A stretch of 63,174 bases of DNA, filler included, from Sluysia triapertura (lineage: Eukaryota): assembly GCA_046118255.1 (NCBI GenBank). It is 5 parts of 5 records of this genome, joined end to end, with 100 filler letters (N's around TTAATTAATTAA, not from the genome) between each part and the next. Parts side by side here need not be neighbours in the genome. Positions count along the whole stretch, not along the records: positions 37,731 to 52,194 come from JBJNIA010258070.1; 4 more parts are not named here. The stretch is one strand, 5' to 3'. The notes under the pieces are model-generated. The model saw only the letters and a program-made list of their open reading frames with translations, was not told the origin of the DNA and made no database searches. The position numbers and the translations under genes are program-made. Below are positions 37,731-52,294 of this stretch, one piece after another. Each line of letters opens with the position of its first letter. Position 1 is the stretch's first letter.

Positions 37731-40530
37731 TAATAATATTAAACAATAATTTGTAAATTTTAATTTATAATAATAATATTATTTAGATAAAAATAAAATA
37801 ATAAAAATGAAACAATTTTGTAAAATAAATAAATAGTTAATAATAAAATAATGAAATGTAATAAATTTAAATAGATCAGTAATAAAAAATATAAATAAAT
37901 AGTCAATAAATAATAATAAACAAAATAAAATTATTAAATAATAATAAACAAAATAAAATATTATTTATGATAATATGTTATCACGCAATTAATAATTGTT
38001 ATGTTAATAATATGTTATCGTGTTAATAATATGTTATCGCTATTCTGCTATTCTGACATTACTATGGTAATTATTAGTTATTACTAGCCTGGATAATTAA
38101 TTTTATAAAGATATATCTTAATCTTAAAATAAATCTAAAAATTCAGAAACAAAAAAAAGGAAAAGTCATGATTTTATTAAAATAGAAATGAAAAAATGAA
38201 GACTAACAAATACAAGTTAATACCAATGAGGGTATATAAAAGTTTAAATTAATTATAATGTGGCCAAACCAATATTATAGAAATTAATTAATTAATGGAT
38301 GAAATTGATCGTATCACGATGTTACATAATAATATTATGTGATTTTAACTATAAGAATATATAATGGAATTAACTTTAGAAATATAGAATTTATTGTCTA
38401 TATATAGAATTTATATAATGTGATTTTTAATCAGGATTTACAAAAAACAATGTATTTTATAATCCCATCTAAAAATCGGTAAAATAAAGTTATGTATTTT
38501 AAAATTGTTTGAAACTATATATTTGAATTGGTAATGATTTCGCTGTGCAGCGAGATTATTTTAAAAGTTTATGTTGGTCCTTATAAAATGGATTAATTAA
38601 AATCAAAATTTTTCTACCGAAGAAAAACCCGTTAATAATTGCAAAGTTTATATATTTTAAAACATAAATTAAAGTTGTGGTTTGGTTATTTTAATATCAG
38701 AAAGGTTGAGCAATAATTATAGAATTTTAAAAAAAGTCGGTTATTTTAAAACCTATTATTGAACAAATTAATAATTTTTGTTTTAATCTACGATTCGTAA
38801 TGATTTAATGTAACAATCTTAAATTTTATTAATATCCAACAAAATTACAAATGTTAATAACAAGTCTGTAAAAGTGTTAAATTGTTTATACAACAAAATT
38901 AAATACGAATATTCGAAACAATAAAACATATAAATTTACTAGATTATTTATTGTGATAATCTATGTACAAAAATTTTAAATGTTTAAAATTTTAAAAATT
39001 TAAAAGGTCTTTAAAAATATGTTTTAAGAATTTTCGTTTAGTTTACTTAATAAAAACTTGACTAACGGTTAATTTCATTTATCTTAATGAATCTTAAATT
39101 GTCACATCTTTTCTCCGAAAGAAAATTTAGATTATTAACTTGTATGGATCTTTAAATATTGGATCAGATGTTGTTGAATTGAATTGTTGAATCTTTTCTT
39201 CAAAATATTTAGGTTACCAAAAATGTAAAAATTAATTGTACATTCGTTATGTAATTCGATATGACGGTGTAGTTAGATTTAAAATAGTAAAGAATTCGTG
39301 TGTGATGTAGTAGTTTTATTATTATTATTTTATTATTAATTTAAAATTATTTTAAAATGTATTTTAGTTATTACAATTATTACTAATCCAAATATACAAA
39401 AATATGAAACAAAAAGAACAAAATTAAATGCAAAATCACAAATTTAATTATGAAAAAACAGATTTACAATATCTAAAACAATCAATATTTAATCATAATA
39501 TTTAATGATAATAATAATATCATAAATTGCTGTATATATTTACTATATATTTTCAAGTCATTCTGAGATAGAATTCTTTGAATTATTTTATATTTTTTAA
39601 TAATCTTATTTACCTTTGGCAATATTAAATGGTTTTCAAAACATTTTTCTCTAGTAAGACAGCAGACCACTTAAAATATCGTTTTATTATTTTTTAATTT
39701 GTCAATATTTCTGTTCGAAGGAATACAAACAATATGGATTAAATTTTTTGACAAAAGGATTAAATTTTATGAAAAATCATGTATTTTTTGTCTACTGATC
39801 AGGAATTAGAATATATATACAAATACATTGTTACAAATACGTTATGTATTAATGACAGCTCTTATAAATAAAATCTTAACAAACTTCAGCGCAATCTAAC
39901 ACAAAACATCAAATCAACAAACGACACACACGAAGCACAAACCCAATTTTAACAATTATAGTCTTACAATTAAAATTTATTATACTCGTTTAACTTTATA
40001 CCAAAATTGTTGCTAATTGTTGTTGCATAGTTATATCTTTATCTACTAATTTTATATTTTCTGAGACTTGTTGGTATGTATTCTTTGTAAGTATGTCTAT
40101 GCATGCATGTATTATTTGCCTATGATTCTAAAATGATTTTTAGAAGATGTACTTCCTCTAAATATTTCTCTTGAATTTTTTTATAGACAAACACGATCTC
40201 GAATCACAATTTATATTAAATTTTTCTGGTCTATCATGTAGTGTTATGTATTGAATTCATCAATCATTGAATAGATTTTAATTTTATTATATAAATTTTT
40301 TATTTAATATTATATAAATACTAATTAAATCACATATCAGCACATTTTAATTTTTATACATGATACTTATTCTTTAAAATTAAATTAGTTCAAATCATTA
40401 ATCGAAATTAATTAATTTTATTGTATGCATACTATTTTAAAATCACATTAATAAATAATACATTAAAATTATTAAATAACACATAATAATTTCTTAGTTT
40501 AAATTATTAATTTATTCATATCTCAATTTT

Positions 40531-41226
40531 AATCGATTTTAATGGTCTTAAACTTTAATTTCATACAATTTTTATGCAAACTTAATTTAACATGATTTTG
40601 TTTTATTTATAGAATAATTTTAAAATTATTTTGATCGAATATTATGCTCTTAAAATTTGATTTCATATTATTTCTATCTATTCTTAATGTAGAATGAATT
40701 TATTTAATCAGTTTAATGTTTATGAAATTTGATTTCATATTGTTCCTATACAATTTCAATTACGATGGTTATTATTTTATTTAATCATTTGGGATAGTAG
40801 AGTTTAATGCTTATGGTAACATAATGCTTAATAATAATAATTTTAATGTTCGATATTCAAATTTAACTATTGAGATCATAATGCTTTTGTATAGAATAAC
40901 TATTTTAAATTGAGATTACATAGAGGTAATGTAAAATCAAAATTTAGTAAAAAGTAACAATCATTTTAAATTGAAATTGCATAAAGACAACACGAAATCA
41001 AAATTTATAGTCATTAAACTATACTACCACAGCTTATTAAATAAATATAATCATTCTACATTAAGATTAGATAGAAATAATATGAAATCAAATTTTAAGA
41101 GCATAATATTCAATCAAAATAATTTTAAAAACAAGATTTAAATATTCTGTAAAAAAACAAAATCATGTTAAAATAAGAATGCATATAAATAATATGAATT
41201 AAAATTTAAGGATACTATTATCGATT
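40531..41226. repeat. Foldback inverted repeat (arms ~40531-40770 and ~40960-41226) of an AT-rich dispersed family
   Basis: For example 40622-40696 (ATTATTTTGATCGAATATTATGCTCTTAAAATTTGATTTCATATTATTTCTATCTA..) is the near-exact reverse complement of ~41052-41128. Confidence 0.85.
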
Positions 41227-41589
41227 AAAATGATATTTAAATAAACCGGAGATTAATTTAATTACTGTATACGAAATTATTATTACTATAAAATTATTAC
41301 TGTAAAATTATCACTATTACTGTGCATAAACTTATTACTGTGTTATAAAATTATTAATACTATCTAAACCGGAGATTAATTATTTAATAAAGTATAAAAT
41401 AAGTATGAAATAAAGAACAAAATATTAAAGACACAATTTGGATTTGGTAACTAGATTGCAGATCCTGAGTTTAATTTCGGCTAATATTTTGGTCGCGATT
41501 ATTTAAAAGATAATGATCCCGATTTCTTATTGCAAGAATCATAAAAAAGATCCATTAACTTGGTAACAATTACTGTTATGATAATTAAA

Positions 41590-41955
41590 AGACATTGATT
41601 AACTTGACCACCATTATTGACCCTGATTTTGATGATAAAGTAAGAATTGACTTCTGGTTTATAAAATTTAATTAATTTGTAAATATAAAATATAATTTAA
41701 AAGAGACTAAATCTAGTATTTAGAATTGTATTATTTGCATCATTTAAATGAAAAATTTTCGATTTTATAAAGTTAAAAAGGAGATTGTTACAGAATAAAA
41801 CAAAGCTAATATAAAAAATAAAACAAAGTTATAAACTAAGATTTTTTTGAAATAAAGTTTTATAAAAGTTACAATGTTAAGAGATAAACCAAGATTTCAT
41901 CAAAGCAAAGCAAAACCCCACTAAATAAAGGAATAGTCGGATATGACTCACGGAT
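41590..41955 (+). pseudogene. Possible dUTPase relic
   Basis: INLTTIIDPDFDDKVRI resembles motif III, YKVKK/GD the lead-in to motif IV, and KGIVGYDS/G motif V (RGxGGFGSTG), in the correct order but heavily degraded. Confidence 0.35.
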
Positions 41956-43119
41956 AAATTAATTAACGTTCAGTTGATTCCTAATAAGAACTAGTATATA
42001 GAAAGCTTAGGAACATTGCGAAATAAAAAACAACGGTGAGGTTAAAAATTAAGTAAAGTGAATATATTAGTAATGCAATAATTAATAAATTATAGTTTAA
42101 TCGTTATATGTTCATTGAGTTTTTATACCTTGAGTACTTGTAGCTGTATCGGTACTGTTAATAATGATTCACTAATTGACTTACTTTATTTAAAATTAAT
42201 CAAAAATATTTATCGTTTAATGTGGCGAGTTATATACTTGTCTCAGTTGTTCGAGATGGAAGTGCTAAACAATTTATCCTTATACATATTTAAAATTTAT
42301 TATAAAAATTGCAACTCAACTTATAAATCTTCACTTCGTTTTACCAAAACTTTGCAAAAGTTTTAATTTCACTTTGACTTCTATGTAGCTCTAATTCAAA
42401 TCCTCCTAGCTGTTATCAAAGAAATGAACAAAATTAAACTAAAATAATTTTATTTTACGTTATGACAGAATAATACAATTGAGATTAATCAATTTTAACA
42501 ATAAAACACAATTTAGATTTAAGTTAATAGAAATTTTTATATTTTAAATTTATATTCAGACTGAAATATACTTACCGTATTTTATTAACACGAGTTTATT
42601 AATCATCTCAATCGACAGAAAATTTCTATTAAAGTTTCGTTTAATAATATTGTCATTTCGTATCAAATTAAATCAAATCAGGTCTCGTAAAACTTTAACT
42701 TGTAACTTGTAATAATGTGTTCTTGCTCGTTAATATTTATACTGCTGTGATATTAGGTAAAATCAATAATATATAGTTTATAATTTATTTACTTTAATAG
42801 ATATACCTTAAGATGTAATTTTAAGTCTGATATATTAGTTAGCATTATTTTGGTCAATCAATAATAAGATTGTTATTCATAATTCACTTAAATAATTATA
42901 CAGTACAATATGTACAAATTATAATAGATAATTAACTTTAATGATTATAAATTATAGAAATATGTACAAATTATAATATGGTATTCAAATTATGCTACAT
43001 ACTATGTAATTATAATTATGTTATAATATTTGCAAGTTATACTGAATAAATAATTATTTTTAGTCTGAATGTGCTACTAAATTTTAATTTATTTTTATTT
43101 AATCATAATTTAAGATAAT

Positions 43120-43560
43120 TTTAGTCGATTATAATGCTTTTAAATTTTAATTATATATTACTTCAATCTATTCTGTCTAATCTTTAATTTAAGTTAAATT
43201 TTGATTACATACTATTTCTATTTAATCCTAACTTAACATGATTTTATTTTATTCAGCATAATATTCTAAATCTTCCTTTTAAGATAATTTTGAACGGATA
43301 TTTAGCTCTTAAAATTTAATTTCATATTTTCATTAAATCCTATTTTTAAACGATTTTATTAACTATGATAGCAATGTTTGATTTATAAATTTTTATTTCA
43401 CATTGTCTTTATACAATCTCACTTTAAAAATGCTTACTTATACAATTTCGATTTAAAATGATTGTTTGTTATTAAATTTTGAATTTATATTATCCCTATG
43501 TAATCTCAATACTTTCTACAGAATCATTGTAATTTTTATAAAACCATTATGATCTCAATA
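43120..43560 (-). repeat. Copy of the AT-rich foldback-family repeat
   Basis: GCTCTTAAAATTTAATTTCATAT and other subunits are shared with 40646-40670 and 61340-61780. Confidence 0.7.
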
Positions 43561-44226
43561 ATTATTATAATAATTAATAATACTGATTTTTATTATTAAG
43601 AATTAAGATGATTCATTAATTATTAGCATGATTTTAAAATAAAAATTAAAATGATTTTATTAAATTAAAATGAGCCTTATATTTATTTTTACAGTAATAA
43701 CAATAGGTTATCTCAAGCATTTCTATCTCGAACAACTGAGACGAGTATAAGACTCACGACATCAAAATAATTTTAGATTAAGTTAAACTTTAAATAAAGT
43801 TTAGTGTTTTATATTTTAAATCGAGTAAGACATCAGTGAATTTATATACAATCAAAAGAATTCAACGTAGGGAACAAAATGACATATTATACATACATAT
43901 AAACCACATTCTTAATTTTTACATTATAAATTTTGATTTCACACTTTCTATTCAATTTCAATTTAAAATGATTATTATTTTATTATACATATTATGTGTT
44001 TTATATTAAATGTTGATTAATTACTATTATTATATTGTGATAATTTTATTATTATATTATTGTACATTATGTTACAATGTAAAACTTTTATGTCTCGTTT
44101 CTTTTCAACAAGTGAACAAATTTGGAAATTATTTGTAAGTAACAAATTATAAGCGACATTACAAAATTTATTTGTGATTTTATCTCTTCTGGCACTATAT
44201 TTTTGGTACTTTGGTATCAAATCAAT

Positions 44227-45740
44227 TGGCGACAGTGGCAGATTCAAATAATAAATAATAGTGAATTTAGTAGCTTATATTACTACATATTTTAATAACA
44301 GTAATAGTAATTTTAGAGTTTACAGGGGTCTGGCTACATAGGCCTTTTATATAATAAATTATTTAATTTATATTTTTAAATAATTTTATGGCAGACTTAA
44401 TGGCGTTTATTTAATATTTGTAAATTAAATGCGCAAATTGCGTAAATTTGGATTATTTTAATGTAAAATCGAAATAATAAAACTTTAAAGCGTATTATTG
44501 ATACTGGTACCTTAGTGAATGTTATGTCGGCAAGTATATATCCTGAAATTAGATTTAGATGTAAAAGACACCAAATATGTCCTTAATTTAGCATGAAGTG
44601 TTTCAGATCTCATGGACAACTTATCAGTGTCATGTACTATGCTGGTTATATTTTATTATTGGGTAGGAATATGACAAATGTTCTGCATCATTTAATATGA
44701 TTATCAGTGAAAGTAAGCTTGTGTTTCATGAAATAATTTTTTCAGGACATGTATTAAAAAAAGATAGTTTTGGTCTATGTCCAGATAAAGTAAAAGTCAT
44801 TGAGTTGTATCCAACACTGAGTAATTTTGTGGAGTTATGCGCGTTACTTGAATTCTTTTGATTACATTAGTCAGAAGTTTTCTCGGATTATGTAACGCTA
44901 AACAGGAATATATTGAATATTGTGAAAATTTTTGAATACAAATGGTGTTAATTCTAAGTTCGAGGTAGGTAAATGGAGTTTGTAAATGAAGATCCCGTTT
45001 TTAGAGAGGCGTTATTTTAATTATAACATTATCAAAATAGTTATGAGAGAATTTTAAGCATTTAAAATTTTAAAAATACAAACATTTTAATTCTTAACTT
45101 AACATACTTAATAAACGATTTAACTTCTTTTAAAATTACAAAGAATTTAAACAATATATTAACCAAAAACAAATTTAATTTAATTTTAAGAAAGAGGATC
45201 AAAACTATATAGAATAACGTACTTGAATAAATCTGAAAATAAATTTGACAGATAGTCACGGAATTTGTGTTGTGATTTAGTATGAAAATGTGGAGTTCAA
45301 TAAACCATTGAAGTTAGAATTGATACTAGCGAATGTGGATTAACAGCTGTTTTATTACATAATTGACAGCTGATCATGCAAGCATCACGTAACATCCATA
45401 ATGTGAAAATTAGATATTTGGAGTGGAACATTTTAAGTTATTTTTGATTGGTAGGAACTTTACCATTTCAATCGATACTATGTTTTTGGTGTCACTATTT
45501 CGTATAACAATTAGTAAGACTAATTCTAGAATCCAGAGATGGTTATTGAAATTGTTTGAGTATCCATTTCACATAAGGTATGTTCGTAATAAAGAGAATG
45601 CATTTTCAGATAAAATGTCGATAACTCTATTCCCAGAGAGATTATTCCAATATATTCTTTTTCGATTCCAATGGAAGATGTCGAAATGATGAATTATATG
45701 AAGAATTAAAAAATATTATAGATAATGGAATGCTTTGGGT
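44227..45740 (+). mobile_element. Degenerate Ty3/Gypsy LTR retrotransposon internal region (PBS, protease, RT end, RNase H)
   Basis: PBS-like TGGCGACAGTGGCAG at 44227 after ..ATCA-AT. Protease IIDTGTLVNVMS at ~44495. RT/connection FSGHVL..PDKVKVI..P...EL at ~44740-44850. RNase H KPLKLE/DTSECGLTAVLLH..ASR and VEHFKLFLIGRNFTI..RIQRWLLKLFEYPFHIRYV..KENAFSDKMS at 45300-45620. The order PR-RT-RH fits Gypsy. Confidence 0.85.
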
Positions 45741-48700
45741 TGATTATAAAATTTTTAGTTAATTTTCATTTCAGCTCTGTTTTTTTAATTCTTTTAATTC
45801 AAATTACTCGAAATTTATTCTTTAACTCTGGAATCTTACCGTGATCTGAATTTTAATCGAATAACTTTTAATTTGCAACTCTGATTTGTTTAACTTTAGC
45901 AATACAAGATGTTTCTGCGGTTACTAATTTATCAAAGTTTGGCCTTATAAAATTTACGTATTTTTATTATTATTCATTTGGTTTACTGATTAATTCTTTA
46001 TAACAGTTAAAAAACTTCTTTTATATCTCTGTACGACTTCGTACAACTTTATCGAATAACCTTTTGTTCATTTCGCTTAAATCAGTAATTTTATTCGTTT
46101 AAAATTTTATAATCTCAATCTGAAGGTTCGGTTCAATACTTGTACCTGTTCTTAAAGATGGGAGTGCTAATTAAATCTATAAAAAATCTTTAAACCTTTA
46201 AATTATTTATCAAACTTTAAAATTCACAAAAGACATTTTTAAAATCTTCAAAAATTTTTTAAGTTCTTTGAAATCTAATTTTCAATTAATAAATTATAAG
46301 ACTTTTATATAAACAACATATTATAATCACATGTTATAAATACAAAATTACATTATACTTGAATGTATATTCAAAAACTTAATGCAGAAAAGTAATAAGT
46401 TTGCCCACTTAAAATAAATGACCGTAAATTGTAAAATATCAATGGAATGTTATCCTGGATCACTAAGATTTTCCATCATAAGTCTGTTAATCAATCGATG
46501 TACTGTTTCCAAACAATTCGATTTGTAAGTGCTGTGGTTTTCTTAAAGCTAAACCTACAGCAAAATAAAAATGAGCAGGGTCCGGTTACAGTAAACGTCT
46601 TACAACTGGTAACTAATAAGTTAAAAAATTCTGTTATATTTACTTAAAAAATAAGTTTAAATCGTTCTTATCTTAACTATTTTAGGAGGGTCTTAATTAT
46701 CTTGTCAATTTATCAAAAACCGAAAAACATACTTAATTTTTATTGATAACACTAAAAATTTTGATAATAGAAGAAAAAGGGTATAAGTTAAAAATTAAAA
46801 TTCCAAGAGAATATTTAATTTTATTAATTAAAATTCCTCTCAGTATATCGAGGTAAAAACAATGTTTAATTAAAGATTTGTGTAATATTTTAAAATTTTT
46901 ATCTTTAGGAATTGCATTTTGTAGAAAATTAATTTCTTTTTGGAAAATAATTTTTTCTTTTTTAGAAAATGTTTTTTGGACATTTGGAAACTTTAAAATA
47001 TTTTTTAATAATATTTTACATAATTTTAGAGGTCGTGTTGGCAACCTAACATAAGCCCAAAATATTCAAATACTATAATCAAAAGTATCGATCAAAATTT
47101 CTTATCTAAATTTATGTGCTTTTAGTAGAGCAAAATTATCACTATATGCAAAACTAAAATTATCTATTTTTGAAAATCTATATATTTTTTCATTTATGCA
47201 AATCTTATATATCACTTTGTGCATACAAATCATGTACTATTTATTGCATTAAATTTGTTACATTTCTGCATTACAAAGTTATCTACTATAGACTTAGTAT
47301 GAAATTAATTTATTATCATGTAAACATATATTTCTATTACTTTAAAATTTAATTCAACATTCATTTATTTCGTTTATTAATATTACTTATTAATAATTCA
47401 GCATGTTAATTAATCATTTAATATTTCATTCACAATTTATTTGCGTACAATCAATATTCATTTTAATTCAAAATTTCTAATTCAATTTATTCAGACATTC
47501 ATTTAAAATTCAAGCATTCGATTCATTCATTTATTTAGCAATAACAACTTTTATTACACAATTAAGATTTTGTTAATATGGAAGATTAAATATTGTGGTT
47601 TGATCGAAAAATATGTGTTCATGAAGTTGCAGAAACAGATATTAGAAGTAAAAAATGAAGGTCATTTTGGAGACACTATAATAAAAGCACATTAGTAGTG
47701 GCAAAGAATGGTTTTGATATTAACGGATTTATAAATGCATATGATCTATATAATCGTTTTTGTCAGGAAATTTCAATGTCGTTAAAAACTATTCAATGCG
47801 AACAAAATAAATGTTGGAATGTAGAATTGATATTTCTATTCCGAATTATTTATTTTAACTATCTGTTCTTCATATGTAGAATTCCACAAAGGATTTGATA
47901 AATACATAAGAAAATTAAATTTAAATCAAGTATACGTACATAAATAATTCGTCATTAAATGAGACTATGCAGAAATATAAAAAGCGTTTAGAGAAACTGT
48001 TTCAAAATTCAGATATAAATAGCGCCGTATCTCAAGTATTAGTTGATTTGATAGCTATAATGTGTGCTAAAACAGGTTTAACTTGTTTTTGAACTTGTTT
48101 TTTGATTGAGAAATAACAATAAGTTCAGTCATTATGGTAAAGATGGTAACTTAGCACTTTGTCTATGATAAGATACATGCAAATAAATTTGTTAATACCA
48201 GTGATGGAATAATCGTTAAATATAAATCACAAAATAAAGTTCTTTTTGACCCCATTTGGATAATGAAAATTGATAATCGCAAAATTCGAAAGAATAATGT
48301 AAGAATTAAATTATTGAAAGTGGCTTTGTTTGAGAATCGAGAGTAACTCCAGATGAAAGCTGAATAATTATAAATAATTTGGAGTACAAATTTTAAACCG
48401 GCGGGAAAAGATGATGGAGTTAGACCATACAAATGTCATTGTCAATTTTATAAATATTACCATTATATTTGTGAAAGAAAGAAATATTAGAAATGCACAG
48501 TTCCTACTAATGTTCTACTGATTTTTACTTACTCTGTAAATAATAAAATAATAAATGAATGTAAATCTCTACGTATGAATTGATTTAAAGAATGTTTAAA
48601 ATATATGATGAACGATTATAAAATTTATGAGAAAATAATAAATACTTGTAAATTAAGATGTTCAAATAAAATTTAAATGAATATTAAAGATGTTATTATA

Positions 48701-51700
48701 AATTAATAACAATGAATTAATCATTGTTGGATTAAAAAAGGTAGATATATTAAATAAAAAATTGTAAGTAATGAATAAAATAATAGTTATAAATAATGAG
48801 ACAAATATAATTACTACTAATAGTATTGTGAAATGGCTGATGAAATGTGAATGTTGATGAATTATAGTTGTTGAATAGTGAGCCAATGTTGATGCTGAAA
48901 TTTTAATAATTCAGTTAGTTTAATAGAACTTCTACTGAATAAATGAACGAATGGTATGCTGATTTTAATATAGTAAATGAAATTGAATTTAAAATCAAAT
49001 GTAAATAGTACGAATTGCTATAAAAGTCTAATAATAGTTACGGATAATTATATTGTAGTATTAAATAGTTAATTTTAAATAAAATTCTAATAGTAGTTAA
49101 TTACACAGAATAGTTTATAATTAAAAATAATTTATTATTAAATAAAAATAGTATTCAATAATTTTGCTGGAAATTGATGAATAACAAATTATGATATAGT
49201 TATTTTTTATGAATTATAAATAAAAAATTTCCAAAAAAATGAAATTACAACAATAACAAAGAGATTTAATAAAAGAAGAAACATAAAGTTCCTGAATTAA
49301 AATTATCTGCTGGTCTAAACATTACGCAAAGCGGATTGTTTCTCTGATAAACGAAGTTTCTAAATTATAGTTATCTGCCCGTCGTTTTGATTTGATCAAC
49401 GAAAGGATACAATTTTTCTGATAAGCGTAAATAACTTATTATTTGATTAATTCCAACTTAAATTCCATTAAATTTATAAATATAAATTTGTTATTATAAA
49501 AGACTTGATTTAAATTGATGCTTTACAAAAACCGTGTACATATTTTGTAAAATTTTATTCGATTATTTAATTAAAATAAATCATAACCGATACTTGAAAT
49601 TAACTCAAATTATAATTTAATTATTAAGAAATAAATAATGTAAATATTATAATATTTAAATCAAATACATTTAACAAAATAATGATAATAAAAAAAGATT
49701 CTTTTGTGATTTTTTACGTATTAACAAAATTCTACGTCAGATTATGAAAAGCGGTTTTAATTTATATCAAGATCCTTTTCATAAGTACACTACGGGAATT
49801 AAATACAATATCTATTACCTCACACTTAACAAAGATATTAGATTCCTTAAAGTATTAAATAAAATAAAATAAACCCTTAAATTTTATAAAATCGACTTGG
49901 ATTAACATTTCATTCCTAACACTTACATCAAACTGTACTTCCGAAAATACCAAAAAACAATTTATAAAATTTATATTCCACAAAATAGAAACTGATCCAT
50001 ATTTTAAATTTTCCAATTCTTATTTATTAGGTACCATTTCTTGCAGCAAATCATTACATATATTAATCTGAGTTACTTTCATCATTTATAAAAAATTAAA
50101 AATGTACTTCTAATTTTTATTGACATGTACCTTTGAAATAACATAAAATTAAGTACCAGAAATAAAAGATTACCAGTACGTTTTTTAATTTTCTTGTACT
50201 ATGCAGGAAATAATAATAAAACCAAAGGTATCATTTTTAATCTATTTCGATTCAAATTTCATAAGGAAACTAGAAATATCACAAAGTGTTTTCCAAACTT
50301 ATAATTTTAAAACACTGTGTGATCTGCGCGTGTTTTAATTGGTTCAGGTACAATCCGTACAATAAGGTACAATTCCTTAATTACATACTTCTGAAAGTAA
50401 AATTTTATGTATCTAAAAGTATTAAAATCTAATGTGATAATTGTACTGAAAGAGTTAAATTTACACTTAAGGTGCTTTTTAGTTATTGACATTGGCTTAA
50501 GGCTTTTATATATTATAAAATCCTAGAAACGAGCTTAAGGATTTTAGAAATCTTATCTTTGATTAGGAATTTGAAATTTTTGGGCGCATTTGTTTCTTAA
50601 ATTAAAGAACCCAACCCGATTCAAAAGAAATATATCGGTGTTTTGAATAAACAATAAATGAAAATACAAAGAAATGTTTTTATGGTAAAACGACTCCGAA
50701 ATTACAAACCTTGGATTTACGGCGTTAACAACAAATTAGAGACGCTTTTTGATTGTAACAGAACCTTTATGAATATTCTATAAGCGACACAATTGAGAAC
50801 TACATTAGCATCATTTAAAAACGATTTATGAATAGATTCTGCACATTGTCAAATTGCATCCTCTTTTAAGAGAGGACATGTTGCTATAAAATATCTGAAA
50901 AATCTTTTATCAATGATAATGAAACTTCTAGTGTTTTATTCTTTGTAACTCAAAAGATAATTAGTCATTATTGGGTTCATCTACAATGATCGAGTTAAAG
51001 CCTAGAGGATTTTTAAAGATATTTTAGTTATTATGAGGGTCTAAATACTTTTACCGAAAACCTCATTATTTTCAAACTAAGGCTTGTATTCTTGACTTTG
51101 TGTAATATGAATTGTACTAAATTTATAGTCTTATTTATTTGTCAGTAGAGCAAAATTAACAATTAATCTTTTTTAACATATGGGACTTTTTATTCAAGTT
51201 TTTTTCTCTCTGAAATTAGATTATTGGATCTGTGTAACTAAGAATCTTTCATATAATTAAATTGAGTTCAAGGACTTAAGAATTAACAATGAAAATCCCC
51301 TAATTGTCAAACAATAATTCAATCCCCGAGAATTTATAAATTTAATAGTGATTAAACAAATAATATATATTCACACTTACTTTAATTTATAATTTATGTT
51401 CATATGCAATAGAATAACACGGATTAACGATAAAAATATAATGATACTTTACGTTCCACATCAATAATTTAATAAATATACTAGGATAATTTTTGTTTTA
51501 TAACTAATAAATTCACGTTCAATACTGTAAAAATTTAAGAAGCAGATATAAGTGTTATTTATAATAAAATAACACGTAAATATTAATATTAATTCGAAAG
51601 TTTAATAATGATTTTGTTCGTAGCTTAAGGCCACTACAAAAGATGTGAATAATTTACTAGAATATAACAAACTTACTAAATACGAGAATAATAATTGTTG

Positions 51701-52122
51701 TACAATATATCAAATCTTCTTTCCAATAGAATTGAATTTTTACATCACCCCCATATCTATAAATTGTATGCAGTTATTTAAATATTCTGCAAATTAGTAG
51801 ATCCGCCAATAGTAAGGTAGGTCGCAAATATTTTAAGTTTCTGTTATATCCTTCGTAAGATTTGCTTTAACGAGATTTTGTTGTGTGTAATAATATTCTT
51901 TTTTACGTCTTGAGCATATGATTTCGCTTTTATAGAAAATTTTTAAGTAAAAGTGGGTGTCACGCTCTAATATTTAAATAATTATGCATAAGTAATTTGA
52001 GAATAAAATTAATTTTTTATTAATATATAGGCGTATGCCTTAAAATGAATTTTATATCATAATGGGCGTTACACCATAATTAATTTTTACAGTTCAGTAA
52101 CAATAATAATTTTTACAGTTCA

Positions 52123-52124
<2 letters not shown>

Positions 52125-52194
<70 letters not shown>
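52125..52194. repeat. (ATT)n microsatellite at contig end
   Basis: Read directly from the sequence. Confidence 0.95.
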
Positions 52195-52294
52195 NNNNNN
52201 NNNNNNNNNNNNNNNNNNNNNNNNNNNNNNNNNNNNNNTTAATTAATTAANNNNNNNNNNNNNNNNNNNNNNNNNNNNNNNNNNNNNNNNNNNN
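52195..52294. other. Artificial contig spacer
   Basis: Identical 44N-TTAATTAATTAA-44N. Confidence 0.97.

Noticed and set aside
47030-47049. GTTGGCAACCTA resembling a TAGGGTTGCCA transposon end
   Set aside because: Imperfect, and no partner end was found.
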